From the IMG/VR virus record IMGVR_UViG_3300025894_000009: a DNA stretch of 20,000 nt, one strand, 5' to 3'. The stretch's first letter is position 1; every line of letters starts with the position of its first letter. Source of the stretch: an uncultured virus (IMG/VR IMGVR_UViG_3300025894_000009). Taxonomy: Duplodnaviria; Heunggongvirae; Uroviricota; Caudoviricetes. Of this stretch, positions 1 to 8,492 are shown one piece after another. The position numbers were made by a program, and so were the translations under genes. A model generated the notes under the pieces. The model did not search any database. It saw nothing but the letters and a program-made list of their open reading frames with translations, and had not been told where the DNA came from.

Positions 1-213
1 AAATGAATTTAATGGAGGTGGTGGTTGGCTAAGATCATAAGACCCAGAGGCAACAACAGCCCACGGCAAATCTTGAGTCGGGATTTGTCGATTATTACCA
101 TGAACTGAGAATGCACGAACCTTGACCCTTCCTTCAAGTTGAGGATCGTCGTTATTTTCTACCACTCCAATAAAAAAGAGTGGGTCTCTTATTCCAACGC
201 CTCTTTCAACCAT
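1..213 (-). CDS. gp5: Baseplate hub/spike protein gp5, N-terminal OB-fold region (runs off the left edge of the window)
   Basis: Manual translation from ATG at 213: MVERGVGIRDPLFFIGVVENNDDPQLEGRVKVRAFSVHG...DLPWA. This matches the gp5/VgrG OB-fold motif FxGVVE..DP..LGRV+VR...H.....LPWA. It overlaps the end of the upstream hub gene and is absent from the ORF track. Confidence 0.9.
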   Translation of the reverse strand, partial: MVERGVGIRDPLFFIGVVENNDDPQLEGRVKVRAFSVHGNNRQIPTQDLPWAVVASGSYDLSQPPPPLNSF

Positions 214-1561
214 ACTTGACCATGACCATTCCAGTGGATAATTGAGATCCTACGATGTCGTGCGAAGTCGACAACACAAGATAGTTACCAGATAACTTTT
301 CATTTAATGTTTGATTAGATTCTGCATCAAACGAATTTGCCAACACATTGATAATTGCCCCCGGTTCGATATCTAATCTACCGGATGTTGTGGCTGATAA
401 TTGAGTTGCTCTCATATGATGGCTGTGAGATAATCTGTTAGCATAAGATTGAGAATAGTATTGATCTCCCCGTAACACACCTGGGTTTGCATTGGACGCA
501 TCACGATAATCTTTAAACACTATAAATCTAGGTGCATTCTCTTCGGTGAAAGTTTCATCCATATATTCTTTGGTATGTATATCATCAGTTATCTTTCTTT
601 TCTTTCCATCTGATGTTGTATAATCACCCAATGCTGTATAGTCATGCAAAATCTCTTTTACTGTTCTCTCTAGCATATTAATTTCTATGGATTTATTTTT
701 GTAGCCACCAGAGCCCATATCCACTGATGCATCAACACGTACGTTATCCGTCATGGTTTGAATCGATGAAATTTGACCTAAAGGATCGTCACCTTCTTTT
801 GTGACATCACTTCCATAAACCATTTTGCTTACCATCCGAGGATTATCTGCACCTCTTTTCATTAAGAACTCATCTGTTACAAAATAATAACCAGTGAGTG
901 TCTCAAAGAACCGATAAGAACTAGAAAGAGAATTTGAACTATAGGCTCTTGCAGATAAAAATGATAACGCCCGTTGCGGTGTATAATTTGGTATAACGGC
1001 CTTGATCTGTCCGATTGAAGGTTGTAAGTAAAATGCCCTACCTTGATTTCGCTTTAGTTCATATTTCTTTGTATCAAAAGCAAGAACCTCTTTATTTTCA
1101 TTTTGATTAGTGCCTTTGGCCGGAGCAATATCACTAAAATATTCTTTGAAAATCTTTTCTACAGCAAATGCTGCCGTTACATTATTAAAGGGCTTGATGA
1201 CCTTTCTTTTTGCTGCTCTCCATGTGAGCTTTGATAAAAAGTGCAAGACATATTGTGCACCATTAGTATTTGGTAGAGGACTTATATCACTTATTCTAAA
1301 AATCTGAGCATCCAATCTTCTGACTGTACCCAAGTCATCTGCCTGAAGTTCTAAACGAAATTCTTCTTCACCTCGCAAGGGGAATTTATCCAATAGGCCT
1401 GCTGTATCTTGTACCGTAACAGTTCCTTTCCACGACACAGAATCCACCGATTGACTCAAGTGGACCTCAGTAATCAACGGTAGTATATCTCTAGAATTCT
1501 GGTCGAATCGTGTCAATTCGGCTTTCAGAATCCTACAACTTTGAGGATTAAAGTCGCTCAT
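206..1561 (-). CDS. Baseplate hub protein (gp27/phage late control D-like)
   Basis: 451 aa between gp53 and gp5. N-terminal 'GTVTVQDTAGLLDKFPLRGEE', central 'YRFFETLTGYYF' and C-terminal 'G.LDIEPG.II...LSGNYLVLSTSH' are typical of T4-like hub proteins. Confidence 0.75.
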   Translation of the reverse strand: MSDFNPQSCRILKAELTRFDQNSRDILPLITEVHLSQSVDSVSWKGTVTVQDTAGLLDKFPLRGEEEFRLELQADDLGTVRRLDAQIFRISDISPLPNTNGAQYVLHFLSKLTWRAAKRKVIKPFNNVTAAFAVEKIFKEYFSDIAPAKGTNQNENKEVLAFDTKKYELKRNQGRAFYLQPSIGQIKAVIPNYTPQRALSFLSARAYSSNSLSSSYRFFETLTGYYFVTDEFLMKRGADNPRMVSKMVYGSDVTKEGDDPLGQISSIQTMTDNVRVDASVDMGSGGYKNKSIEINMLERTVKEILHDYTALGDYTTSDGKKRKITDDIHTKEYMDETFTEENAPRFIVFKDYRDASNANPGVLRGDQYYSQSYANRLSHSHHMRATQLSATTSGRLDIEPGAIINVLANSFDAESNQTLNEKLSGNYLVLSTSHDIVGSQLSTGMVMVKYG

Positions 1562-1812
1562 GTACTAAAACTTTCTTTGAACTCTCGGTTTAATTGATCT
1601 AGATATTCGTTACTAAAAAGCAAAATTTCTTTTTTATTATTATTGAGATCCGACTCATAATCGTACAAACGATATGGAACCCACTCATCTGGAATGATTC
1701 TTTTAATAATAATCTTAGCACCCTTTTCAGTCCGTAAGATTACCCTGTCTTCTTTACGAAGATAAATCGTCTGAAAAGATTCTGGGGTTAAAATAATATC
1801 TTCAATGGCCAT
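1558..1812 (-). CDS. C-terminal part of a split baseplate wedge protein gp53
   Basis: 84 aa ending in YDYESDLNNNKKEILLFSNEYLDQLNREF, the usual gp53 C-terminal motif (YEYE..LNE.KR.I.L....Y....EF). It has its own SD (AGGAG) upstream of the ATG. Confidence 0.7.
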   Translation of the reverse strand: MAIEDIILTPESFQTIYLRKEDRVILRTEKGAKIIIKRIIPDEWVPYRLYDYESDLNNNKKEILLFSNEYLDQLNREFKESFST

Positions 1813-1815
1813 CTA

Positions 1816-2196
1816 TTAGACTCCTGCAGGTCTATAATAATAAACAATGTTATCTTCGGTATCTTCAGATCGGAGCCAATTAAGAATTTCGTATCCTTCT
1901 GCATCAGCAATATCAGCATATTTCTCAATCAGATACTCATGAAGTTGATCTTGACTTTTGGGCCAATCGTGATAGGGGTCAGTAATAGCATTTGCCAAAT
2001 ATACCAACCAAATATAATCTACGGAACCATAATAATATTGAGCTATATCTTCGGGTCTTTCACCTTCTTTTACCGTATATGGCAGATGTAGATAAGGATT
2101 GGTCGAAATATCTTTTACGAATTGAGTTCGTCGTGTAATGTCCTTGACACGCCTACCTTGATATTCTATAATAGGAAAATTTTTAAAGTATTTCAT
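1816..2196 (-). CDS. gp53: Baseplate wedge protein gp53, N-terminal LysM-like part
   Basis: MKYFKNFPIIEY...YTVKEGERPEDIAQYYYGSVDYIWLVYLANAITDPYHDWP is the gp53 signature. Confidence 0.9.
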   Translation of the reverse strand: MKYFKNFPIIEYQGRRVKDITRRTQFVKDISTNPYLHLPYTVKEGERPEDIAQYYYGSVDYIWLVYLANAITDPYHDWPKSQDQLHEYLIEKYADIADAEGYEILNWLRSEDTEDNIVYYYRPAGV

Positions 2197-3272
2197 TATT
2201 CCGCTCCATCCGTGATCCCAATGACTTCATTTGCCTCCGCGCCGTAGTCTTCAGCAGTATGAATTCCGAGTTCGGATATCTCAATACTGATTGTTACCGC
2301 AACGGGCTTCCCGCCCTTTAATATAGCCATATCAGTACCACCTGCATAATCAACACCGACCTTTGAGATCATAGAAGGCTTAAATCTTGGATAATAACTT
2401 TCATCGATGCCAATTAAAGACACATCGACGATGCTTGGATAATTTAAAAAGACTCTGGGCATACCGGTGACACTCTGGAATGTCGGCAATGCATTTCTCT
2501 TAAATAAATTTACGATATTTTTAATCATCACAGAGTCAGCCGGACTTGATGGATATAGTGTCCATTCAAATGCATGTGACTTCAGATCTACACCACCAAA
2601 AGCCAGAGTCTCTTTTGGGTTGATTATCTTACCGGTGACAGCATCTATTGTTTTCCCCATCTCACCAGGGATTGGTAAAAATTGTTGTAATGCATATCTT
2701 GTTGCGGCCGCTGCTGTTGCATTGTCAATCTTGCCAAGAGATGATAAGGTACTATTGATCATGTCTTGTAACTTACCCATACCTTCAGATGCACCTCCCT
2801 TCATACTAGCAAAATCCATGCCGCCAAAGTTTTGAATGCCGGTTGCAAGCTTACCCGCGAAATCGCCACCAGCACCCACCGCATTTTTGATTGAATCACC
2901 AATTGTCCCACCACTCGAGTCTCCGAAATTCTTGATTCCTTTTGCGATTGAAGCTACAAAACCACTCTGTTCAAACCCTTCTAATCTTACAGAGATATCA
3001 TCAGACAACGCGGTAGGAAAGGGCAATTCAATCGAAGAAGTCTTGCTTATCTGTGCACTGTTCGCGTTAGTGATCCCATTTGTCTGGTTGGATTGTAAGT
3101 CTTGGGGCGAAGAAAAAGTTTGATAATTTGAATCAAGGTCGTTATAATCATATTGCTTGAAAATGAAAAGAATACCGTGTGGATACGGAGTAGTCGGAAA
3201 CGAAAGCCTCTCCGATTTCATCTTCTCTTTATTTTCGCGAATTGCGAGCTCTGGCCTTGCTGATCGAGGCAT
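2196..3272 (-). CDS. gp48: Baseplate tail-tube cap gp48
   Basis: Motifs SIELPFP.ALSD, INPKETLAFGGVDLKSHAFEWTLYP and FLNYPS; lies directly upstream of gp53 as in T4-like phages. Confidence 0.85.
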   Translation of the reverse strand: MPRSARPELAIRENKEKMKSERLSFPTTPYPHGILFIFKQYDYNDLDSNYQTFSSPQDLQSNQTNGITNANSAQISKTSSIELPFPTALSDDISVRLEGFEQSGFVASIAKGIKNFGDSSGGTIGDSIKNAVGAGGDFAGKLATGIQNFGGMDFASMKGGASEGMGKLQDMINSTLSSLGKIDNATAAAATRYALQQFLPIPGEMGKTIDAVTGKIINPKETLAFGGVDLKSHAFEWTLYPSSPADSVMIKNIVNLFKRNALPTFQSVTGMPRVFLNYPSIVDVSLIGIDESYYPRFKPSMISKVGVDYAGGTDMAILKGGKPVAVTISIEISELGIHTAEDYGAEANEVIGITDGAE

Positions 3273-3291
3273 ATGAGATTCCTTGGTTTGA

Positions 3292-3299
3292 TATAAATA
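3292..3299 (+). promoter_or_regulatory. T4-type late promoter (gp55-dependent) for the gp4 operon
   Basis: Exact TATAAATA in the intergenic region, 38 nt before the gp4 ATG. Confidence 0.8.
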
Positions 3300-3316
3300 T
3301 TAAGGCAATTACATTT

Positions 3317-3324
3317 TATTTATA
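3317..3324 (-). promoter_or_regulatory. T4-type late promoter for the gp48-gp53-hub-gp5 operon
   Basis: TATTTATA on + (TATAAATA on -), pointing toward gp48. Confidence 0.8.
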
Positions 3325-3337
3325 TCGAAACTGAAAA

Positions 3338-3796
3338 ATGGCATACAAAGGTAAGTTCCGCCCTAAAAATCCCTCGAAATACAAGGGGAATCCTACGGGT
3401 ATTATTTACAGGTCACTGTGGGAATTAAAATTTTTTCGATTGGTGGATGATCACCCTGATGTCATTTGGTGGCAATCGGAAGAACTTATAGTTCCTTATC
3501 GGTCACCAATAGATAAAAAGATTCATCGATATTACCCAGATGTCATCGTGCACATGCGAAAAAGAGATGGTAATATGGGCACGTTGATGATAGAGATTAA
3601 ACCGGCAGGTCAGACAAGACCTCCAGATATAAAGAAGAAGAATGCAACCCCAACCGGTCGCCTTTCACGAAGATATTTAAATGAGGTAAAAACGTGGGGT
3701 GTGAATGATGCTAAATGGAAAGCGGCACGAAGTTACTGTGCCGATCGTGGTTGGGAATTTCAGATCTGGACTGAAAAGGAATTAGGGATTAAATGA
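3338..3796 (+). CDS. gp4: Head completion nuclease gp4 (TnsA-like endonuclease fold)
   Basis: MAYKGKFRPKNPSKYKG...YRSLWE...WQSEE..VPY.SP.D...HRYYPD...IEIKP...NDAKWKAA...WEFQIWTE. Confidence 0.95.
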   Translation: MAYKGKFRPKNPSKYKGNPTGIIYRSLWELKFFRLVDDHPDVIWWQSEELIVPYRSPIDKKIHRYYPDVIVHMRKRDGNMGTLMIEIKPAGQTRPPDIKKKNATPTGRLSRRYLNEVKTWGVNDAKWKAARSYCADRGWEFQIWTEKELGIK

Positions 3797-4257
3797 TTAA
3801 GTTATTGTTCATTGCAGTGATGTTGTTACAATCACAGGCAAAGGCCTCGTGTCAGGCGCATGGTGATCATGAATCTATCGATCAATTGTGTGGCACGGAT
3901 ATGCCTATTAACAATACAATTTTTTATGAAAACACATCACAGGAACCAATTGTTTTGTGGCGAGTATATAATACATCATATCCTCAATCAGCCATGGGAC
4001 GATGGTGGTCTTTAGATGATCCGACAAAGAGTTCCAAGGACGAATATCGCCAGGCAAATGCGATCTGTCCAGAATGGAGTCCCTTAGACGGTATCGCCAA
4101 GTGTGAACTCAGACCTGGCGGAGATTTTGTGATAGGTCATACAGACGCAGTAAGATGTAAGACAGTAAATTATCTTGCATCTGATACACTTCAAATATTC
4201 TTGGTCAACCCATTGGAAGACCTTTACAATTGTACAGTCTCGGACTGGGAGGATTAA
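3793..4257 (+). CDS. Secreted Cys-rich hypothetical protein, possibly ADP-ribosyltransferase/TNT-like fold
   Basis: Sec-type signal peptide (MIKLLFIAVMLLQSQAKA) and 6 Cys. Coupled to both neighbours by an ATGA overlap with gp4 and a TAATG overlap with gp2. Confidence 0.6.
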   Translation: MIKLLFIAVMLLQSQAKASCQAHGDHESIDQLCGTDMPINNTIFYENTSQEPIVLWRVYNTSYPQSAMGRWWSLDDPTKSSKDEYRQANAICPEWSPLDGIAKCELRPGGDFVIGHTDAVRCKTVNYLASDTLQIFLVNPLEDLYNCTVSDWED

Positions 4258-4862
4258 TGGCTCAAATATTCGACGAAATATTATTAAAAGGTATTCGTGC
4301 GGGACAAGCGCCGGGCAGAACAAAAAAGGCCAGAGAATGGTATCGTGCGCAAGCACAAAAGGTTGGCAAAGGTGAGGCCACACAGTCGAAAATGGAATCT
4401 CAATTGACCAAGTCAGGTCGAGCAAAGGGTAGAATTGTATACGGTAATATGTATGCGTTTGCCTATGATCCTAAACATAAAGATACTCTACCATACTATG
4501 ATAAATTTCCTCTCGTTTTTCCTATAAATAAGGCAAAGGGTGGCTTTCTTGGTATCAATCTACATTATCTACCACCTGCTTTAAGAGCAAAATTAATGGA
4601 TGCACTTTATTCTGCAACCAATAATAAAAAATACGATGATTCGACAAAATTAAAAATCTCATATGATATATTAAATGGGGCTGCAAAATTTAAAGAGTTT
4701 AAACCGACAATAAAGCATTATCTGTCTACACAACTTGCTTCAAGGTTTCTTTTAATTGCTCCTGCTGAATGGGATACCGCATTATTTTTACCAACTGCGA
4801 ATTTTGTCGGGGCTTCTAAACAGAAAGTGTGGGCCGATTCAAGACGAATCATACGAGGATAA
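4257..4862 (+). CDS. gp2: DNA end protector protein gp2
   Basis: G.MY.F.YDPKHK.TLPYYDKFPLVF...GFLGINLHYLPP.LR motif. Start reassigned to the ATG at 4257, which has GGAGG upstream. Confidence 0.95.
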   Translation: MAQIFDEILLKGIRAGQAPGRTKKAREWYRAQAQKVGKGEATQSKMESQLTKSGRAKGRIVYGNMYAFAYDPKHKDTLPYYDKFPLVFPINKAKGGFLGINLHYLPPALRAKLMDALYSATNNKKYDDSTKLKISYDILNGAAKFKEFKPTIKHYLSTQLASRFLLIAPAEWDTALFLPTANFVGASKQKVWADSRRIIRG

Positions 4863-4865
4863 TAG

Positions 4866-5645
4866 ATGCCTTTCAATATATCAAATTTCAAGTCTGCATT
4901 CGATCGCCACGGTGGTCCGGCAAAGGCATCTCTATTCGAGCTTAGAATATCTCATATACCTAAAAAGAATACATCACAAATTGGTGCTAGAGATTTTTCA
5001 TTCTTTTGTAAAAGTGCTACAGTTCCTGGCCTTTCGATCTCAACAGCGGAAGATATAAAGGTAGCTCAATTAAAGAAAGCATTTCCTACGACGTTGAATA
5101 AAGAACCTTTGAATACAATCTTCATGGTCGATTCAAATCACGAAATACTCACCTTCTTTGTTCAGTGGATGCAAACTGTAGTCAATTTTGGTACCTCCGG
5201 CGGAATGTACTCAGACATTGACGACCAATTACCGTTTGAGGTTGGTTATAAGAGTGACTATTCAATGGACATTACTGTTCGTCATTATACAACAGATTCC
5301 TTGGAGTTCAAATTCCAAGAAACAAAATTTATTAACGCCTATCCAGTCAGCATGGGCGATTTAGAATTATCGTGGGATGACAATGATTCTTTTCTTACCC
5401 TTCCAATTTCCTTTGAGTATGATCGTTTTCAATTATCAAATGAAATAGGTGGCTCGAATACAAGCAGATTAGGACGTGGTTCAGGTCTCTTGGAAACCAT
5501 AGGAGCAATTGCAGGATTTGCTGATGTCGTGAGGCAAACAGTAAATCAGGGTAGCGGTATAACATCAATTCAGGATGCTGTCAATAGATTGACAAGAGTC
5601 CGAAATTCTTTTGATAATATTAGCGACGTCTTCGGAGGCGGCTAA
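4866..5645 (+). CDS. gp54: Baseplate tail-tube initiator gp54 (gp19-like tube fold)
   Basis: NISNFKS...GGPAK..LFE, FFCKSATVPG, and NAYPVSMGDLELSWD...LPISFEY tube-protein motifs; lies between gp2 and gp26. Confidence 0.75.
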   Translation: MPFNISNFKSAFDRHGGPAKASLFELRISHIPKKNTSQIGARDFSFFCKSATVPGLSISTAEDIKVAQLKKAFPTTLNKEPLNTIFMVDSNHEILTFFVQWMQTVVNFGTSGGMYSDIDDQLPFEVGYKSDYSMDITVRHYTTDSLEFKFQETKFINAYPVSMGDLELSWDDNDSFLTLPISFEYDRFQLSNEIGGSNTSRLGRGSGLLETIGAIAGFADVVRQTVNQGSGITSIQDAVNRLTRVRNSFDNISDVFGGG

Positions 5646-5661
5646 CATATAGGAGTACATC

Positions 5662-6363
5662 ATGGCTTTACCAAAAATTGACCTACCGATGATGGAGATG
5701 GTTCTACCATCATCAGGCGAAAAAATCAAATACAGACCTTTCACAGTAAAAGAAGAAAAAATCTTATTGGTTGCTCAGGAATCGCAAGATCCAGAACAAG
5801 AAATACTAGCAGCCAAACAAGTGGTGAATAATTGTCTCATAGACAAAGACATCAATGAATTGGCTATGTTTGATTTGGAGTTTGTCTTATTGACAATGAG
5901 ATCCAAATCGATTGACAACAAGCTAGAATTTAGAATAACTGATCCAGATACAAGTGAATCTGTAGAGGTTGAATTAAATCTAGATGAAATGAAATTAGTA
6001 GAAGACGCTAATCACACAAATCGAATCAAGGTCAACGACGAATATTTCATAATACTTAAATATCCAAAAATCGATGAGTTCATTAAGATTGTATCATATG
6101 AACCTACAGATCCTTTGGTAAATTATTTCATTATGGTTTCTTGTCTCGATAAGCTTGTTTCAGAAGATGAGAGTCACGATTTTGGAGAGTACAGCGAAGA
6201 AGAAATCGATGATTTTATGAATAATATGACAGGAAATGTTCTCAAAGGAATTCAAACCTTTTTTGAGACCATGCCCAAACTACGACACGAATTTAATTAT
6301 ACGAACAGTGCGGGTTCAGAGAAAACATTTGTCATTGAGGGTATGCGCACTTTTTTTATCTAA
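5662..6363 (+). CDS. gp26: Baseplate hub assembly protein gp26
   Basis: MALPKIDLP...LPSSGEKIKYRPFTVKEEKILL, FDLEFVLL.MRSKS, FFETMPKL, and C-terminal IEG..TFF. SD AGGAG upstream. Confidence 0.92.
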   Translation: MALPKIDLPMMEMVLPSSGEKIKYRPFTVKEEKILLVAQESQDPEQEILAAKQVVNNCLIDKDINELAMFDLEFVLLTMRSKSIDNKLEFRITDPDTSESVEVELNLDEMKLVEDANHTNRIKVNDEYFIILKYPKIDEFIKIVSYEPTDPLVNYFIMVSCLDKLVSEDESHDFGEYSEEEIDDFMNNMTGNVLKGIQTFFETMPKLRHEFNYTNSAGSEKTFVIEGMRTFFI

Positions 6364-6533
6364 TGTTGTGTCACACTAATCTGGCAAATTATTATCAAAC
6401 TATATTTGCCTTGGCGCAACATCATAAATACTCTATAACTGAGGTAGAAAGTTTGATACCATACGAGAGAGATCTCTACTTTGCAATGCTAGTAAGCTGG
6501 TTAGAAGAACAGAAAGAAAAGCAGAAAAAATAA
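6363..6533 (+). CDS. gp51: Small baseplate hub assembly catalyst gp51 (56 aa), possibly also the -1 frameshift extension of gp26
   Basis: Manual translation MLCHTNLANYYQTIFALAQHHKYSITEVESLIPYERDLYFAMLVSWLEEQKEKQKK matches the short gp51 motif NYY...F.L.QHHKYS..E.E..IP.ERD.Y. Absent from the ORF track. Confidence 0.88.
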   Translation: MLCHTNLANYYQTIFALAQHHKYSITEVESLIPYERDLYFAMLVSWLEEQKEKQKK

Positions 6534-8333
6534 ATGGCAGAAAATACATTACCAGGTCGAGGACGCGGTCCTAGTTTAAAGGAACAACGGTCTGAGGCAT
6601 CCGACGACTCTAGGACCTCAACACAGACGCAGGAAATTGTTGATCGTTTAAAGAAGGATGGGGAGCTTCTTAGGAATAAGGGCAAGAATTCTATTCGATC
6701 AGTTAATATAGAATTATCTAAATTTAGTGATGCTTTTAATGCAATTTCTGGTAGCATTCAAAATCAAAGTGGAATCTTGGCTGGCATGCAGGCAACTGCA
6801 GAAGATCAAGCTGAAATCGCACAGAAGAAGTCCGACTTCGACGAATTGAGCGAAGGTAAGGAATCTGATACCGCAAGAGAAATCAGGCTGCTACGAGAAA
6901 AAGCAGAGCTATTCAATGCCAAGGCAGATTTAAATGATGCGAAAAAACGCGACGGTGGAGGACTAGGTGATATATTAGGTAAACTTGCAAGTGGAGGTTT
7001 CTTAAAGACTCTGGGCTTACTTGCTGGAGGTGGCTTCATTGCATATAATCTAGCAAAGGGATTCATTAATAAGATGACCGATGGTGGGTTTGATACATTT
7101 GTCAAATCTGTGCAAGATTTTGATTGGACAGGTTTGGGTACCACCATCGTTGAGTTTATGGGCAGCGCGAAGGATGGTTTGGCGAATATGATTACCTTCT
7201 TCGACGATCCACTCAAGATTCTTGCAGGTCTCACTGGAGCAGCAGTCGGTGCAAAACTCCTCACATCAATCGGAACCTCAATTGCAGCAAAAGCAATTGG
7301 CCAATTAGTGATGGGATCACCCGGAGCAATGTCTGGTGCTGGTGGTAAGGGCATGGGAAAGGCAATGATGGGTGCTCTTGGTGCCGCCGGTCTGATATAC
7401 GCACAAGATATTGCTGATTTTATTGTCGGGGAGGCAAAAAATTCTGATGTAACAAAAATAGATATCAAAAATGCAGCTACTACAGTAGGTATATCAGTAG
7501 CAAGTGGTGCAACAATTGGAGCTATGTTTGGCCCCAAAGGCATGTTGGCCGGTGCTATTTTAGGTGGTGCTTACGGTCTTGGTCTAGGACTTGTGGATTA
7601 TGTAAAAGAAAATCTCTTGGATATGGGGAAAACGTCAAAGGAAGGCAAACAGGCAATCCAGAAACTAAGAGCTCGAAAAGAGATGGTCGAAGCGATGGGT
7701 CAAGAGAAGTTTGATGCATGGGCTGCCGGCAACGAAGACATGAATGAAGAGTTGCTCTTACAACAAGCTTTTGAAGCTCAAGAAGATATAAGAGCAAAAT
7801 TAGAAGAAGCAAAGAAAAAGAAGGCCAACGTTAAGACTACAGATCTCGTCAGTATCAACAGGTATACGGGGGAAAGAACATACAGAGCGCGCAATCAAGA
7901 CTCTATATTAAGAGACCTCGAACGAGCCGACGAAGAAATACAGAGATACCAAGATCAATTAATGACATTGGATTCTGCATTGCAAACAACAGGATATGAT
8001 CCGACGGCGCTAATCCCGAAAGTTGAAGCGATCCCGTTTGATCAAAGTGGTCCTGAAATGGCCCCGGGCAAAATCGTTGAAACCGAAGAGGAAATGTCAC
8101 CTGAGCTTAAAGCATATTTGGACCGAAATGACATATCAAAACCCATTGCCGGCCCTTCTCCCATCGCGATGGCTCCAATAATGGCTCCAATATCAATTAA
8201 TTATGTGTCTGGTGCACCAGTAAATAATGTACTGAATCAAAATGTACAAGGTGGATCAAGCGTCGCCTCTATGACATCTATGAGTTTAGGTGGTGGTAGT
8301 GGTGGACAAGATGTATTTGGAGCTGTAAGTTAA
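6534..8333 (+). CDS. gp29: Tape measure / baseplate hub protein (gp29-like)
   Basis: 599 aa with a helical/coiled-coil character and Gly/Ala-rich hydrophobic segments; follows gp26-gp51; size similar to T4 gp29. Confidence 0.65.
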   Translation: MAENTLPGRGRGPSLKEQRSEASDDSRTSTQTQEIVDRLKKDGELLRNKGKNSIRSVNIELSKFSDAFNAISGSIQNQSGILAGMQATAEDQAEIAQKKSDFDELSEGKESDTAREIRLLREKAELFNAKADLNDAKKRDGGGLGDILGKLASGGFLKTLGLLAGGGFIAYNLAKGFINKMTDGGFDTFVKSVQDFDWTGLGTTIVEFMGSAKDGLANMITFFDDPLKILAGLTGAAVGAKLLTSIGTSIAAKAIGQLVMGSPGAMSGAGGKGMGKAMMGALGAAGLIYAQDIADFIVGEAKNSDVTKIDIKNAATTVGISVASGATIGAMFGPKGMLAGAILGGAYGLGLGLVDYVKENLLDMGKTSKEGKQAIQKLRARKEMVEAMGQEKFDAWAAGNEDMNEELLLQQAFEAQEDIRAKLEEAKKKKANVKTTDLVSINRYTGERTYRARNQDSILRDLERADEEIQRYQDQLMTLDSALQTTGYDPTALIPKVEAIPFDQSGPEMAPGKIVETEEEMSPELKAYLDRNDISKPIAGPSPIAMAPIMAPISINYVSGAPVNNVLNQNVQGGSSVASMTSMSLGGGSGGQDVFGAVS

Positions 8334-8367
8334 AAAAAAGGAGCCCTATTCGGACTCCTTTCGTTTT
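8332..8367. terminator. Intrinsic terminator between the convergent operons, probably bidirectional
   Basis: AAAGGAG-CC...GG-A-CTCCTTT stem. An A8 run on the left gives a U-tract for the - strand; TCGTTTT on the right is a weaker tract for the + strand. Confidence 0.8.
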
Positions 8368-8492
8368 AGTTCTTCTCTTTTTCTGAAAGATTCACCAAGA
8401 TTATGGTCGTACATTTCGATGAAATTCATCCATTTCAGACCTTCTTTGAAATCTGCCCAGAGTTGAGAAAAGAAATCACGCAACCTCTGCAT
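8346..8492 (-). CDS. Small hypothetical protein (48 aa)
   Basis: MQRLRDFFSQLWADFKEGLKWMNFIEMYDHNLGESFRKREELKRKESE, with GAGGT SD 5 nt upstream of the ATG. It overlaps the end of the peroxiredoxin gene and fills the gap to the terminator. Confidence 0.5.
   Translation of the reverse strand: MQRLRDFFSQLWADFKEGLKWMNFIEMYDHNLGESFRKREELKRKESE

Noticed and set aside
1813..1818. Stop-codon reassignment or readthrough as the cause of the gp53 split
   Set aside because: There are two different consecutive stops (TAA TAG), a separate SD, and all other genes are intact in the standard code.
1110..3123. Plus-strand ORFs 1110-1307, 2467-2835 and 2836-3123
   Set aside because: Antisense to the hub and gp48 genes.
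3338..3796. gp4 as a transposase (TnsA) or homing endonuclease
   Set aside because: The nuclease fold is shared, but sequence and synteny identify the core T4 head-completion protein, and no element ends are visible.
4523..4530. TATAAATA inside gp2 (and CATAAATA at 6423-6430 inside gp51)
   Set aside because: These could be internal late promoters for gp54 and gp29, but they lie in coding sequence of an AT-rich genome and cannot be separated from chance without TSS data.
6806..7543. 245-aa minus-strand ORF (also 6476-6757, 7555-7812, 7903-8100)
   Set aside because: Antisense shadows of the Gly/Ala-rich tape measure gene, with no recognisable motifs.
8169..8192. Tandem 12-bp repeat ATGGCTCCAATA x2
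   Set aside because: A simple in-frame duplication (MAPI MAPI) in a low-complexity tail; no wider array.
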